A stretch of 64,000 nt of DNA from Octopus vulgaris. Lineage: Eukaryota. Position numbers and translations under genes: made by a program. Positions 13,040 through 26,690 of this stretch are shown here, in pieces (positions within the stretch are counted from its first letter, which is position 1; the number at the start of each line of letters is the position of its first letter). The DNA lies in assembly GCA_951406725.2 (NCBI GenBank), contig OX597820.1:2108001-2172000 (forward strand), read 5' to 3'. The notes below the pieces were generated by a model. That model had not been told where the DNA came from. It saw nothing but the letters and a program-made list of their open reading frames with translations, and did no database searches.

Positions 13040-13180
13040 ACTGGTAATTATTTTATCGACCCTGAAAGAATGATAAGTAAATTTGAAGTCGGCGAAATTT
13101 GAATTCAGAACGTAAAGACAGACGAAATACCGCGAAGCATTTCGCCCGGTGTGCTAACGACTCTGCCAGGTCGCCGCCTT
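13040..13180 (-). mobile_element. SINE family B
   Basis: Family head and centre. Confidence 0.8.
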
Positions 13181-13382
13181 GCTTTGATCAAATAATGGAA
13201 AGGAATATTTACTGAGCAAATAAGTATTATAGGACGAACAAAGGATACAAGGGAAAATTAGAAGCAGTATTAGAAGCAAAATTTGTGCTCATTTGGATTG
13301 AAATGTGTAAACATCATTTAGAGACAAGCAGAAAACCACCCGGAGGGTGATCTTACTGCTTGCCTACGTAACGTTTATGTGT

Positions 13383-13453
<71 letters not shown>

Positions 13454-13749
13454 CATGTATGTATATTTACACATGTGCTGGAAGGCACGATGCGTTACCA
13501 AAAGGTTTAGGCTCAGTAAATACTCCCACATTCCGCCTTATTCCAATATTCTACTCAATCTAAAAACAATCATTCAGAGATTAGCGTGCAGAGTTCGAAC
13601 CAGGTTATACAAAAAGAAACGCAGGAAACTTAACTGGTATTTCTATGTTTTATTGAACAAAACTTTCGCCACGCTGATTAACTCCATTGCGCAAACCGAT
13701 TGCAGCTCCATTGTAAGAAATAATTCCTGTTTTCATAAGTTTTTTTCCC

Positions 13750-14230
13750 CAATAGTTTTCTTTGTTGCCAACACATTTTTTTGACCTTTACGTTAACTGA
13801 AGATTTCCCATATGAAAAACGTTTTTTTCTTTCTGCAATGAATTTTTCATGCGCTTGTCTCTCCTTTCTGTAACACTGTCATAATGACGGCCATTTAAAC
13901 TTCTTTTGAACTGAAGAAAGTGATGACAATTGCCCGGTGCTATGTCAGGGTTATATGACGGCCGTAGAAGAATCGTGCATTTTTCATGAATGGATTTTGG
14001 TGCCAATACGACAGCCATGAGCTGTTGCAATGCTGTAGTGAAACTTTCTAAATTTTCCCCGACATTTCTGTCAGATACCTTTCAATAAATTTTTAAGTGC
14101 TGCCACGTAGTACTGAACAGTCAATCTTTTGCCTGCGTTGAGTGATTCAATAGGAATAATACCTTTATAATTGTAAGAGAAACATAAACGATCTCCTTGG
14201 TTCACCATCGTAAGCGCACACGAATGACAT
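13750..14230 (-). pseudogene. Decayed mariner transposase catalytic region
   Basis: YNYKGIIPIESLNAGKRLTVQYY and RPSYNPDIAPGNCHHF, which resembles the mariner YSPDLAPSDYHLF motif. Confidence 0.75.
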
Positions 14231-14357
14231 GACCGACCGACTGCGGTTAAGTGATGGAGAAACTGGTGTGAAGTCAGTGAAAATAAAAGTCATGGTATGT
14301 TGGCAGGTGGATATCCCTGGATTGGTTTCTTCATCGGTTGTTGTATGTTGGCTGGAT

Positions 14358-14488
14358 CAGACGATGCCAGATAATACAAGACGGTACCAGATAATACAAG
14401 ACGATACCAGATGAACCAGACGAACCAGACGATACCAGACGATATCAGACGATACCAGACGATATCAGACGATACCAGACGATACCAG
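14358..14488. repeat. 10-bp minisatellite (GATACCAGAC)n
   Basis: About 13 imperfect units. Confidence 0.9.
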
Positions 14489-14959
14489 CTGCGATTCTTC
14501 TTCATCTTTTGCCTTTTACTTGTTTCGGTCATTGGACTGCAGCCACCCTGGGGCACTGCCTTGAAAGGTTTAGTCGGACAAATCGACCTCAATACTTATT
14601 TCTTAAAGCTTAGTACATATTCAATCGGTTCCATTTGCCGAGCCGCAAGATTACAGAGAGGTAAGAAAAACAACACCGGTTGTCAAGCGATGATGAGGGA
14701 AAGAAACACAAACAGAAATACACACTCATGTATGTATGTATGTATGTATGTATGTATGTATGTATGTATGTATGTATGTATGTATGTATGTATGTATGTG
14801 TGTATGGATGGATGGATGGATGGATGGATGGATGTCATTATTCAATATATTTCAAGATTTCTTGTCAATAGAGAAAGAGCTGGTTTCTAACCTAGATTCA
14901 AGGTTCCTTCATTAAAATTTCAACATCAACAATAGGGCATTTTTGTTTGCATGTATGTA

Positions 14960-15670
14960 TAATTGTAAAAGAAATATAAAGTCATCCTCAAAGAAACAGT
15001 GTGTAATTTTGGTATTTCTGTTTCCCTGTGAACCAGTGAGATATCCTTCAGACTTCCTTGACATGAATGACAAGGGGTTTACAGAAAGTATAAACAACAC
15101 CACAGAGAGGCTGTCTCCTTGGAATATGCCTTTGCGATTCTGTATTGTATTGGCGTTCAATATGGTGGTCCACGATAGAGTCAGGCCAGTTATAGCTTTC
15201 ACTATTCTCACGGGAATTTTAGCAAGTTGCAGGGCTTCTAGCATCCCTGAGTGGGGAACAGAGTCAAAGGTTTTCTTGTAGTCGAGCTACATTGAAACTA
15301 GGTTCCTCCTATGCTCTCGCACCTCTGACATCACAGTTTTGTTGATTAACAATTGCTTGGCACATCTCTAGACTCCGTTCTTCCCCGCTGCTTGTTCTGC
15401 TGTGATGATGTTATTGGTTTCACAATGGTCCTGGAGCAAGAGGTTTAAACATGCTGCATATATCTTATACATTAAGTTCTGGCAGGCGATTTGTCGGTAG
15501 TTTTTTGCCATGTGGGTGGTTCTGCATTTGGGAATCATTTTTTGTTTCTGCCAGAGCTAACCAGTATAGTATGCTATAGTTTCCATTGAAAGCTTGCTGG
15601 TACAGATTGATAAGATATGGTCGGTAGTAAGTTAGCTTCTTGTACAAATATCCAACAATCAAGTCTCTTC
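14960..15670 (-). mobile_element. R4/Dong-like non-LTR RT fragment
   Basis: LDYKKTFDSVPH, KGIFQGDSLSVVLFILSVNPLS and KITHCFFEDD (degenerate YMDD). Confidence 0.8.
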
Positions 15671-15894
15671 CAGGTGCTTGACAACCGATGTTGTGTTTAC
15701 GATCCCATAATTTAGCGGGTCGTCAAAAGACGTTGATAGAATTATTAGGATTACAAAGAATAAATCCTGTGGTCGATTTGTTCGACCAACGGTGGTGCTC
15801 TAGCATGGCCGTAGTCATATGATTGAAACACGTAAAACAAAAGACAAAAAAACTATGCCATTTTTATCCTGAGCAAGGCTGGGTATCTCTGTTA

Positions 15895-15952
<58 letters not shown>

Positions 15953-16718
15953 GAGTCTCAACTTTCAACCTGCCGCACCCGAAGAGGACTAGAATCCGGG
16001 TCCCTCTTCAGTGGAAGATTTTAAATAATTAAAAAATAGAAGAGTCATATATATACATACATTCATACATACAGAAAACAAGGGAGTGAGAGCGAGAGAG
16101 GGGGTGGGGAAGAATGCGTGTATATTTGATTATAGTGTATAAAATATTTCCGTGGAAATATGTTTCTGTATCCTAATTTGGGCATATGTGTCTGCCTGTC
16201 AGCTTGTCTGTTTGTCCATCTGTCTGCATGTCTGTGTATAGGTGTGTGTGTGTGTGTATGTATGTGTAAATATTTGTACCAAGCCGTATGAGGGCAAACA
16301 TTGTTAGCATATTTTCGTAAAATACCTGTTAGTGACCAGTCTCTGGCTGCAATTAAAAAGTGATTACGGAAGAAGTATTATTTCCGTTGTTAATCTCTAA
16401 CCAATGCTGGGTTAACGGCATTTCTTGTGAAATGAGTGGGTTCGCGAGTAAAGCAACGAAACACCTTCAGCAAGATCAAAATGGCGGACCAATGATGACG
16501 AGGTTAAGTGTACTTTATCTGCTTCAGTTTATATCCGCACACAACAAAACACACAACGCAGGCACGCATATACACCCACGCACACATACACACACATATA
16601 CACACGGCGAGCACTCGCACACACACATACACACACACACGCAAGCACGCACATACGCACGCACACATATATACACATACATGCACACAACCATACACAC
16701 ATATACACACACACTCAC

Positions 16719-16762
<44 letters not shown>

Positions 16763-17224
16763 ATCTATACACGAGTTTATATGAGTGCATATACGTAAGT
16801 CATGTGCTAAGGCGACGAAATGACACAATTGTTAACCTGCAACGACAAGACGCTCAGCGCCATTTTCTTTACATTCTGAGTTCAAACCTCCGCCGAGGTT
16901 GACTTTGCCTTGCATTCCTTTCGGGGTCGATTGAATAAATACCAGCTGAGCACTGGGGACCATAACAGAGACGATGTATTTGAAGAGTGTCAGAACATAT
17001 CTAGAAATCTATCTACAAATCTGAATGTATCAATTTCACACACGACGCGCGCACACACACAGATGGATGGATGGATGTGAATATGTATGCGAGTGAGCGG
17101 ACAGACGAAAGAAAGTGGCTCTGAGCACCGAGGGGTTCCATGTTTTTAATAAGTTTGACTCGGCGCCAAAGGACTTCAAGTTTTCTGACGATGTAACACA
17201 CGTTCATCTCATATATATGTAAAT

Positions 17225-17550
17225 ATATACATACATACATACATACATACATACATACATACATACATACATACATACTTACTTACTTACTTACTTACGT
17301 ATATGTATGTATGTATGTATGTATATATGTACGTACGTACGTACGTACGTACATACATACATACTTACTTACTTACTTACGTATATGTAGTATGTATGTA
17401 TGTATGTATGTATGTATGTATGTATGTATGTACGTACGTACGTACGTATGTATGTATGTATGTATGTATGTATGTATGTATGTATGTATGTATGTATGTA
17501 TGTATGTATGTACGTACACACATACATACATACATACATACATACATACA

Positions 17551-17581
<31 letters not shown>
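17225..17581. repeat. Alternating-orientation (TACA)n/(TGTA)n microsatellite
   Basis: Direct reading. Confidence 0.95.
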
Positions 17582-17582
<1 letters not shown>

Positions 17583-17684
17583 GGTGAAGAAAATGGATAT
17601 AATAACATTGGGAAACTCGTGGTTTTCGCTGGTATGTCTTTAATTAATTAGATAACAAAGAAGGAAGAAGCAAAGACGAAGGTA

Positions 17685-17735
17685 GCATTTACGATCGTTT
17701 CAATTTACTGGTTTAAGTAAATCTCTTCAGAATGC
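17685..17735 (-). ncRNA. Minimal type I hammerhead ribozyme
   Basis: Minus strand: GCATT CTGAAGA GATTTACT-taaacc-AGTAAATT GAAAC-gatc-GTA AATGC; full core, three helices, palindromic loop III. Confidence 0.85.
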
Positions 17736-18324
17736 GAGTATAGATAGATGCATCGGTTAGGATGAGAATTGATACATATGTGATGGTAATGTAAACGAAT
17801 TGGTAATTCTTACATTGAAACAACTTTGTTCTTGCACTGGTAAATTCGCTGCGCAGAGGTTTGCTTGTGGTAGATTGGTGAGTTTCGTTGGGTAATTAGG
17901 GCGAGGGCGAGTATTATTTAGGTGCACATTTTTTTCGCACGTGTGTATTCCATTTTATATTTTACAATTAGTTGTCACCGGCGGTGTAGGTGAAGGGGGT
18001 AACCCTAACAGGGTGAAAAGGAAGCTAACTCATACCAAATTTTGGGTGGTTTGAAGATGTGTTATGGCTAATAATTGTCTTATTGCTAGAGTTCCTAGTG
18101 CTAGGAGGGGCCCTATGTATTTGCAAAGTGTATTATTATGGAATGATGGGAGCGAGTGGGTTTGCGTGGTGACTATTTGTGTGTAAGTGTTTAATGTGTT
18201 TCCCAGTTAATTAGACTTATATGGATGAGTATTCTAATTTGGGGTTATGAAGGCATAGAGGCCTGCATGAAGGTAATAGGGGCTATTCTACCGGTATTTC
18301 GAAAATACATAAAGGCGCACGTGA

Positions 18325-18380
18325 AGACAAAAACTGTCGTTCTCAAATACAGGAAAATTTGAGGACGACAGTTTTTGTCT
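18325..18380. other. 24-bp hairpin with 8-nt loop
   Basis: AGACAAAAACTGTCGTTCTCAAAT pairs with ATTTGAGGACGACAGTTTTTGTCT, one G.U. Confidence 0.85.
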
Positions 18381-18944
18381 GACAATCGAATGCCGAAGAT
18401 GACGCGTTATCGTGCCAGTAGCCGCAGTTCTAGCGTCAGTTCAAGCCCCTGCATCCTATCACTAACGGATTGTTGCTTACGAAATATTGTCCTTAAGAAA
18501 CTGGACTCATTCTTTTTAGTGTGGATTTCTGTATTTCCTCCTCCAGTTTCACTGGTTCTATCATCTTCTTCTTTCTAAGTAGGCGCTTTACATTGCTTTG
18601 TCTTCAGCTTCAGCCGTTTAGAACCTGAAAAAAGAAATGAAAAATTTATTCTATTAAAAAAGTAAATTTCATTTTTAAAAAATAGCAATTTCAATCCAGT
18701 TTTTTTTATAAATGTATTTAATATATTACGTATGAATATAAACATAATAAATATCTTATAATGGTTGTCTTAGTTTTTGAAATATAAAAAAAAATACGTA
18801 TATTTAATAATGAATGCATTAGTATTGTACTGCTAGTTGTCTTCCCAAATATAAAAAATAATGATGCTTTCAATTTATTTGAAATGAAAATGAAATTCAA
18901 ATGCAAGTAAAAAAAATACTTATTCATTTCAGATGTAAACGACA

Positions 18945-18986
18945 TGTGTGTGTGTATGTATATGTGTATATGTACATATATATGTA

Positions 18987-19042
<56 letters not shown>

Positions 19043-19153
19043 TATTTGTGTATTACATATATATAAGTATATATATATATGCGTATGTGTATATATATTC
19101 ATGTATATATATATATATGCATATATATATATATGTATATATATGTGTATGTA

Positions 19154-19196
<43 letters not shown>

Positions 19197-19592
19197 GTAG
19201 GTAAGGAATAAATAATACTGAAAAATTATACTAAGTTTTCCAGCTTCCTATTTTGTTATATACACACATACATACATACATACACTCAAATACATACATA
19301 CATACATATATACATACATACATACACACATACATACATACATACATACATACATACATACATACACACATACATACATACATACACACATACATACATA
19401 CATACATACATACATACATACATACATACATACATACACACATACATACATACATACATACATACATACATACACATACATACATACATACATACATACA
19501 TACATACATACATACATACATACATACATACACACATACATACATACATACATACATACACACATACATACATACATACATACATACATACA

Positions 19593-19626
<34 letters not shown>

Positions 19627-19655
19627 CATACATACATACACACACATATATATAT
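18945..19655. repeat. (TA)n and (TACA)n arrays
   Basis: Direct reading. Confidence 0.95.
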
Positions 19656-19825
19656 GTACAACGGGCTTCTTTTCCGTTTCCGTCTACCAAATTCACTCAC
19701 AAGGCCTTAGTCGGGCCGAGGCTATAGCAGAAGAAACTTGCGCAAGGTACCACTCAGTGGGACTGAACCTGGGACCATATGATTGGGAAGCAAGCTTCTT
19801 GCTACACACAGAGACACGCACACAC

Positions 19826-19923
<98 letters not shown>

Positions 19924-19928
19924 AAGTA

Positions 19929-20148
19929 AGGCGGCGAGCTGGCAGAACCGTTAGCACGCCGGGCGAAATGCTTAGCAGTATTTCGTCTGCCGCTACGTTC
20001 AGAGTTCAAATTTCGCCGAAGTCGACTTTGCCTTTCGTCCTTTCGGGGTCGATGAAATAAGTACCAGTTACGCACTGGGGTCGATGTAATCAACTCGCCT
20101 CCTTGCCCCTAAAAAATTTTCATGGCTTTGTGCCTAGAGTAGAAATTA
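19929..20148 (+). mobile_element. SINE family B, preceded by (TTA)n(TTG)n
   Basis: Family head, centre and tail. Confidence 0.85.
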
Positions 20149-21129
20149 TATTTTGTTTTATTTGTGAAACATACTCGTATATTGCTTTTAAAAAACCCAG
20201 CTCTGTATTCCTTCAATTTAGTTTCCGATTAATAAAATATATTCTTTAAAATTTTGGCAAGCGCGGTCATGGCTGTGTGGTTCAGTCCTACTGCGCGGCA
20301 CCTTGCGCATGTCTTCTATTTTAGCTCCTACCCGACCTAAGACAGAAACTGCGTGGAAGACGGTCGTGTGTGTCTGTGTGTATCCATGTTCGTCTTTGTT
20401 GGTCACTCACCATAAAAGACGTTCGTTTGTTGACGTCTCTTGTAACTTAGAGGTCAAAATTGACCGACAAAATAAACGCCAGGCTTAAAAAAAAAAAACA
20501 GACAAATTTACTGGAGTCGATTTATTCGACCAAAACCCTTTGCCCCAGCCTGGCCGCATTCCAATGACCGAAACATATACAACGATAAAAGACTCCGAAC
20601 CTCAGAACTATTCAAAACGTAGGAAGCCAAAAAGCGTTAGAAACAAAACAAAACAGAAAAGCTATTATAAGCGTTAAACGAACAAGAATCTAAGGAGGAA
20701 TGCTTTGCAAGTCTGGTTGTAATGTCGTCTCGTCTGCTTTGTTTGTACGACTGCAATTAAAACAGGAAAGTTCAGTCGGTACACATTTTCAGACGCCTAC
20801 GAAATCGTGCAAATATTTATGGTGTATCTAAGGTGTTGTCAAATGAATATTGTACTCTTTTTGAGTCATTTGATAGCTTTGCATTTTAATAAATCTTTCC
20901 TAACGAAAGTAAATAACAAAACGGGAAATAAGTAAACCTTTTGTATGTTGAGGTAAAAATCCCTGGTTTGCCGTTTGTCGACCTAACGAGTAAATGTTTT
21001 CATTGTAGACGTGGTGAAAGCCATGGTTCGATCCACATAAAAGGTGCCTTGTGCCATGGGGTCTTGTTAATATCTTATTTGATAAACATCAACACAAAGA
21101 ATAACATTACACCAGGTAAAACATAACAT

Positions 21130-21560
21130 ACGCCCACCCATCTCCTCTACCATCATTCCTGGGAGGTGTCTTTGGAGTAGATTCCTCAGGCACCATCTCC
21201 GAAGGGTCGTCTCTGGAACGACCGTCATTACACTTTCCAGCTGGATTCCCAAGTGTGATCAATTGAGACTATAATTCCTATCCAACCGTTTCGGCCTTGG
21301 TCTACTTACAAAGTCTCCTACCGTTTGGCTCGGCTTCGGGAGTCCTTCGTGCGATCCCTCGCTGCGACATTCCAGTCACACGTCTCGATGCGGCGAAGTA
21401 ACAGCTGAACATGGAGACACTCCTTCACCTGCAAGTTACGAACCCTGTCCAGTAATTTTTACCTTTGAGATCCTCCAGAGGAACCCTTTTTCGGCTGCTT
21501 GTTCTCGCAATTGTACTCCATCGGTTATCACTCAACATTCATGACTATACGTGAGGAGAG
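21130..21560 (-). mobile_element. RTE-clade LINE 3' remnant
   Basis: Degenerate DRVRN...LLLRRIE...GRRL..RPRPKRLD; ends GATGGGTGG. Confidence 0.55.
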
Positions 21561-21888
21561 ACACTTAAACCGAAACGAAGGAAGCGAATTTAGCTTTTTT
21601 CACCAACAGTTTACAATATTTTCTTTCTCGCTTAAAAGCAAATAATCCGGTCATTCCCAATTGTGTTTCGCCGTGACAAAACAACTTCCTCCTCAGAAGG
21701 CTTCCAACCGACATATTACCAATCCCCGGTCTCAATAGCGCACAGGACAGAAGAGTGCGTACGTGGGGAACTGAAGCGAAACAATTATTACGTTCATTCA
21801 TTTCGAAGGCATCGGTTTAACGTTTTTCACACCGATGCTTATTATGTTTGTCTTATACATCGGGGAAAGATTACATACAGACACATAT

Positions 21889-21927
<39 letters not shown>

Positions 21928-22869
21928 CACACACACACACACACATGATATCCGACAATGTTACTTACTATTAAACTTTAAAATTGCTGTAATATTGTTT
22001 CAATCTTAAGAAAAGCTAAATTAAGTCTTGTCTTGCAAGCCGTTAATTTTTGTCAATTAGGTTAATTCGTACTCAGATATAAGTTAATAAAACTATCAAA
22101 TAAAAATAGATATTCTGAGAATTTGAAGGAATTTCCCACGAATAGGGAACATCTGTCTATAGCATGTATAATTTTTACTTAAACGCAACGATAACTAGAA
22201 GACTGGAGGTCTTTTTAAACAATTGTATGAATTGTAAATGCAAAAATACGAGGTTAGTTTGTGCATCGTTTTATAAATTAAACGTTGAAACTGAAAGCGT
22301 AAGTAATCTTTATGTAGATAATGTAGAGTGAAGAAGTTGTGAAGTAGTTTGTTGTATAGTAAATATAAGCTTACGACATGGAGAGGGAAGTATTGTCGGG
22401 TTTAATTGGCAAATCTATGGAGAGAGCCTGAAAAATAATTGCAAGAAAGGAAGAGAGATAGAATAAAGAGATAGAGTAAGCTTGTCATAGAATTAGATTC
22501 AAAGACGGTTATGAGTTGGCGGTTTTTGTTTTCCTCTCGAAGAAATAAGTATCAGGAACTTACAATGGGCGTCAATGGGAATATCCACTGCTATTTTGGC
22601 TCCAGGTCAATGATAAGTATTATACGCAAAATACTTCTTGTTCTCTCTCTCTTTCTTTCTCTTTGTTTCTTTCTGTTACACACACACACATACACACACA
22701 CACAAACACATACGCGCGCGCATACATGAATAAATATGTGTGCATGGATACTGATGACAGTTGTCCTGCAGCTAAGCCTGATAAGATTTGTGGATTTGCC
22801 GACATAGTTTCATTTTAAACTGTACTTATAGATTCAGTTCCAGAATTTTAAATAATTAATGATAAAACA

Positions 22870-23240
22870 GGAGCACTCAGAGAGCACAAACCTCCGCCAA
22901 GGCAACACCAACTCCCTCTCAACGATTAGCCAAAGATGATTTTTAAAACGAGAATATCTGAAATAAATTCGATTGCTCTCACAGAGGAGAATACTAACAA
23001 TGAACCCGACTGCTCTAAAAATAACGTAAAAAGGGGGGGGGGGAATAATCCAGAATCCTTTCTGGTACCGGATCGATCCCAAAATCTAATCGGTTCGCGT
23101 CAGTCACGAGGCCAAACATCCCTGAAAGTTTCATTTGAATCCATCCAGCGGTTCTTGAGATATCTTGTCTCCACGAACAAGCAAACGAACAAACACAACT
23201 GAAAACAATACCTCTGCCTTAGCGAAGGCGGAGGTAATAA
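22870..23240 (-). mobile_element. Non-autonomous Helentron/DINE-1-like element
   Basis: Minus strand: 5' CCTCCGCC..GGCAGAGG palindrome, (GTTT)n tract, 3' sub-TIR GGCGGAGG plus short hairpin; partial copy at 56293-56475. Confidence 0.55.
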
Positions 23241-23679
23241 GTAGTGGGGTCGATTTGTTGGGTTAAAAACCCTGCAAGGCAGTGCCTCAGCATGGCCGCA
23301 GTCCAATGACCGAAACAAGCAAAAAATAAAAGGCTTCCGTTTAAGCACAACTGGACTAATCTTATGACCTTGGAACTCACCATTCTAAATGATACTGAAA
23401 GTTCCGCGAATTAATCTATTTTCTTTGACCATTAATGTTCGGATTCATGCTATTCCGACATTATTCATTCTTGACAGAAAAAAGTCGGGCCAAGGATAGA
23501 AATTAATGATTAATTTCATTGATTAAAATTTGGAAGAGGTCTTACTTTGACTGTTGCTTGTCATTTACATGTTAATTTGTTCACGTCATTAAGGGTGTAG
23601 TTTTAATTAATTAACTAATTGATGTTTTTGGCTAATTACATCAACAATATCAGCGTCCAATTTATGGTTAATATATAAA

Positions 23680-24072
23680 TTGGTTTCAAATTTTCACAGA
23701 AGACTAGCAATTTGAGAGGAGGGGTAAGTGAATTGCAGCGAAGCTAATGCTCAACTAATCTTTATTTTATCGATCCCGAAAGGATGAATGACAATGTTGG
23801 CCTCGGCGGAACTTGAACTTAGAACGTCAAGCATTTTGCCCGGCGCGCTAACGATTCTGCCAGCTCGCAACCTTCAATATAGATTTTGGCACAAGGCCAG
23901 CAATTTAAGAGGAGGGGATTCAGTTAATTACATCGACCCCAGTATTCAGTGGGTGCCTATTTTACTGACCTCGAAAGAATGGAAGACAAAGTCGACCTCG
24001 GCGGAATTTGAATGGGTGAAATGCCGCGAAGTATTTTGCCCTGTGTGCTAACACTCCGACCAGTTCGCCCCC
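23680..24072 (-). mobile_element. Tandem pair of SINE family B
   Basis: Two degenerate head-to-tail copies. Confidence 0.75.
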
Positions 24073-24509
24073 TCACTGTTGATATATAAATCGCCAACAG
24101 ATTCTGAGACGTTTGTTCAGTGGCGGCTCGTAGATAAAATTAGTGGCGGATGCTGCTTCAGAAAAAATTTAGCCGTTGTTTTAATACTGTGTAAAAGGAA
24201 ACAAACATATAAAAAGAAAATTTATACATAAACTGGATTGCTTCGCGTTTCAGCCGCTGCCGGGGATTGTGTTTAATTTGTTCACTGAACACCGCTGCGA
24301 ATTCCCCCCTGTTTTTCAAAAATCCCACCTAAAGCACAAAATCCTGGCAGCAACACGGTAGCTGGAAGCAGGATAATCAGAAAGGAGAAAACTAATTTGA
24401 AGACTACAGATCCAATCCATCACTGGAACTGTAAAAATCTGTAAAACTTTCCAGAAGTTTAGCATTTAAATATATATGAGCATGTCTAGATATGTAGCTA
24501 TATGCACGA

Positions 24510-24837
24510 GAATACATGCATAAAACATACAAATCTGCACATACATACATATATACATACATACACACACACATACAAACATACATACATACATAAACAC
24601 ATACATACGTACATTAATTCATACATACATACATACATGCACACATACATACATACATACATACATACATTCACATACACACATACACACATACATACAT
24701 ACATACATACACACATACATACGTACACACACATACATACATACATACATACATACATACATACATACATACATACATACATACATACATACATACATAC
24801 ATACATACATACATACATACATACATACATACATACA

Positions 24838-24868
<31 letters not shown>
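24510..24868. repeat. (TACA)n array
   Basis: Direct reading. Confidence 0.95.
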
Positions 24869-24869
<1 letters not shown>

Positions 24870-25137
24870 AGTGTGTATATTTTAGAGGATTGGTGTCAGT
24901 TGTTTAGATAAACCAAAATATCAACGCATTCTGTTTACATTTGTAGTAAAACTGTGCTGAAACGTGCTGAATGTATGTTAAATGTAATCACAAAGAACAT
25001 CGTATCATAAACAAGGTGCTTTGCACCTTTACACATCCCCATGAGATTTCATTCATTAATTGTTAGTTCTCTGATAAGGGAGACCATATCACTTTACGTG
25101 GAACTAACACCAGTTAATGATAACACAACCGTATCTA

Positions 25138-25393
25138 TTGGGCTGCTGCATAATTATTGCGGCTTTTTTTTTCAACAAATTTTATTTAACTAAAACAATA
25201 ACAACATGTAAGAAAAACATCTTTAAATGATTATTCCGAAGCATATTCACCATCTACTTCAATTACTGCTTCCCGTTTGCTTGGCAGACGATCAGACCGT
25301 CATTTAAAGATGTTTTTGTTAAATATTGTTACTGTTTTTCTTGAATAACAGTTGTTGAAAAAGAAAAACCGCAGTAGTTAGGCACCAACCTTA
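25138..25393. mobile_element. Mariner-derived MITE, second copy
   Basis: Collinear with 11704-11953; TA flanks. Confidence 0.9.
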
Positions 25394-25682
25394 TAGAATA
25401 CCGTCAGAGAATTTTTCTGTGAACCATTTGCCTGTCCTCTGCATCATATCTAATACAAAGGACAGGTTTCTCTGGCTGCCATTCATCTTATAAGATACAC
25501 ATTCCCCATTTATTTTTTTTTATCACTAGAGTAACTGGGGACGGATGAAAGGAAAGTGTTATATTGGTTGCTCTCGACCATTTCTTTACCCGATGGGCCC
25601 CTTTGATTCCCATCCCTTACTGGAGACCCCACAGCCAATCGATGTTTAAAATAACCCATTATATTTTAATAATTGAATATTT

Positions 25683-26087
25683 ATTTCTTCATTGTCCACA
25701 GGTAGGGGGCTAAACATACAAAGGGATTAAGTAGATTACATCGACTCCAGTGCGTAACTGGTATTTATTTAATCGACCCAGAAGGGATGAAAGGCAAAGT
25801 CGACTTCGGCGGAATTTGAACTCAGAACATAACGGCAGACGAAATACCTGTTTCTTTACTACCCACAAGGGGCTAAACACAGAGAGGACAAACAAGGACA
25901 GACAAACGGATTAAGTCGATTAGATCGACCCCAGTGCTTAACTGGTACTTAACTTATTTAATCGACCCCGAAAGCATGAACAGCAAAGTCGACCTCGTCG
26001 CAATTTGAACATAGAACGTAGCGGCAGACGAAATACCGCTGAGCATTTCACCCGACGTGCTAACGATTCTGCCAGCTTCTCGCCGCA
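25683..26087 (-). mobile_element. Tandem pair of SINE family B (tail type i)
   Basis: Two head-to-tail copies. Confidence 0.85.
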
Positions 26088-26109
26088 TTTTAATGATTAA
26101 GTATTATTG

Positions 26110-26608
26110 GGAAACCTTGGGAGGACGAGGCGGGTCACTGGAGAAGTCGTGGGTAGCAACAAAAGGACTTTAAATCTGCTGAGTGTGGGGCCCATTCAAT
26201 TGGCCCGTGACACCCGAGCCATCTCCCTGGAAAATGTTCATTTAGAAAACCACGAACCTGTAATGCATAATGGGGGGGGGGGGTGGAGCCCCATCCTGCT
26301 GAAACCAGACAGGATTTCCCTTTCCAAGTGAATGCACAAGAGGCATCATCTTGTTGCTAACCGGGTCCACATACGAATCACCTGTCACAGAGCCCTTAGA
26401 ATAGAACGGTCCAATTACATGATTGTGCCAAATCCCACACCATTCCTTTGCCCCCCCCCCCCCCCACGCCCCACCTTGTTGATTGTTTGACTCCATCCAA
26501 TGAGGATTGGTTTGTGAGTAATATCAGCAGCTGTGGAAAGAGATTTTAAAAAAAGTAAGAGAGAATGTTAACAATTTCCCGAGGGTGCGTGACTTTATGG
26601 CCACCCTG
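26110..26608 (-). mobile_element. Internally deleted Tc1/mariner (rosa/DD41D-like) remnant
   Basis: WCGIWHNHVIGPFY..SVTGDSY, VWFQQDGAPP and GPIEW motifs; terminal TA-CAGGGTGGCCATAAAGTC at 26610. Confidence 0.7.
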
Positions 26609-26690
26609 TATTATTGGGAACTCTATTAAAAAAATTGCTAAAATATTTGTGTATTGTAGAAGAATAACCAATTTATTATATTCTGTTGTG

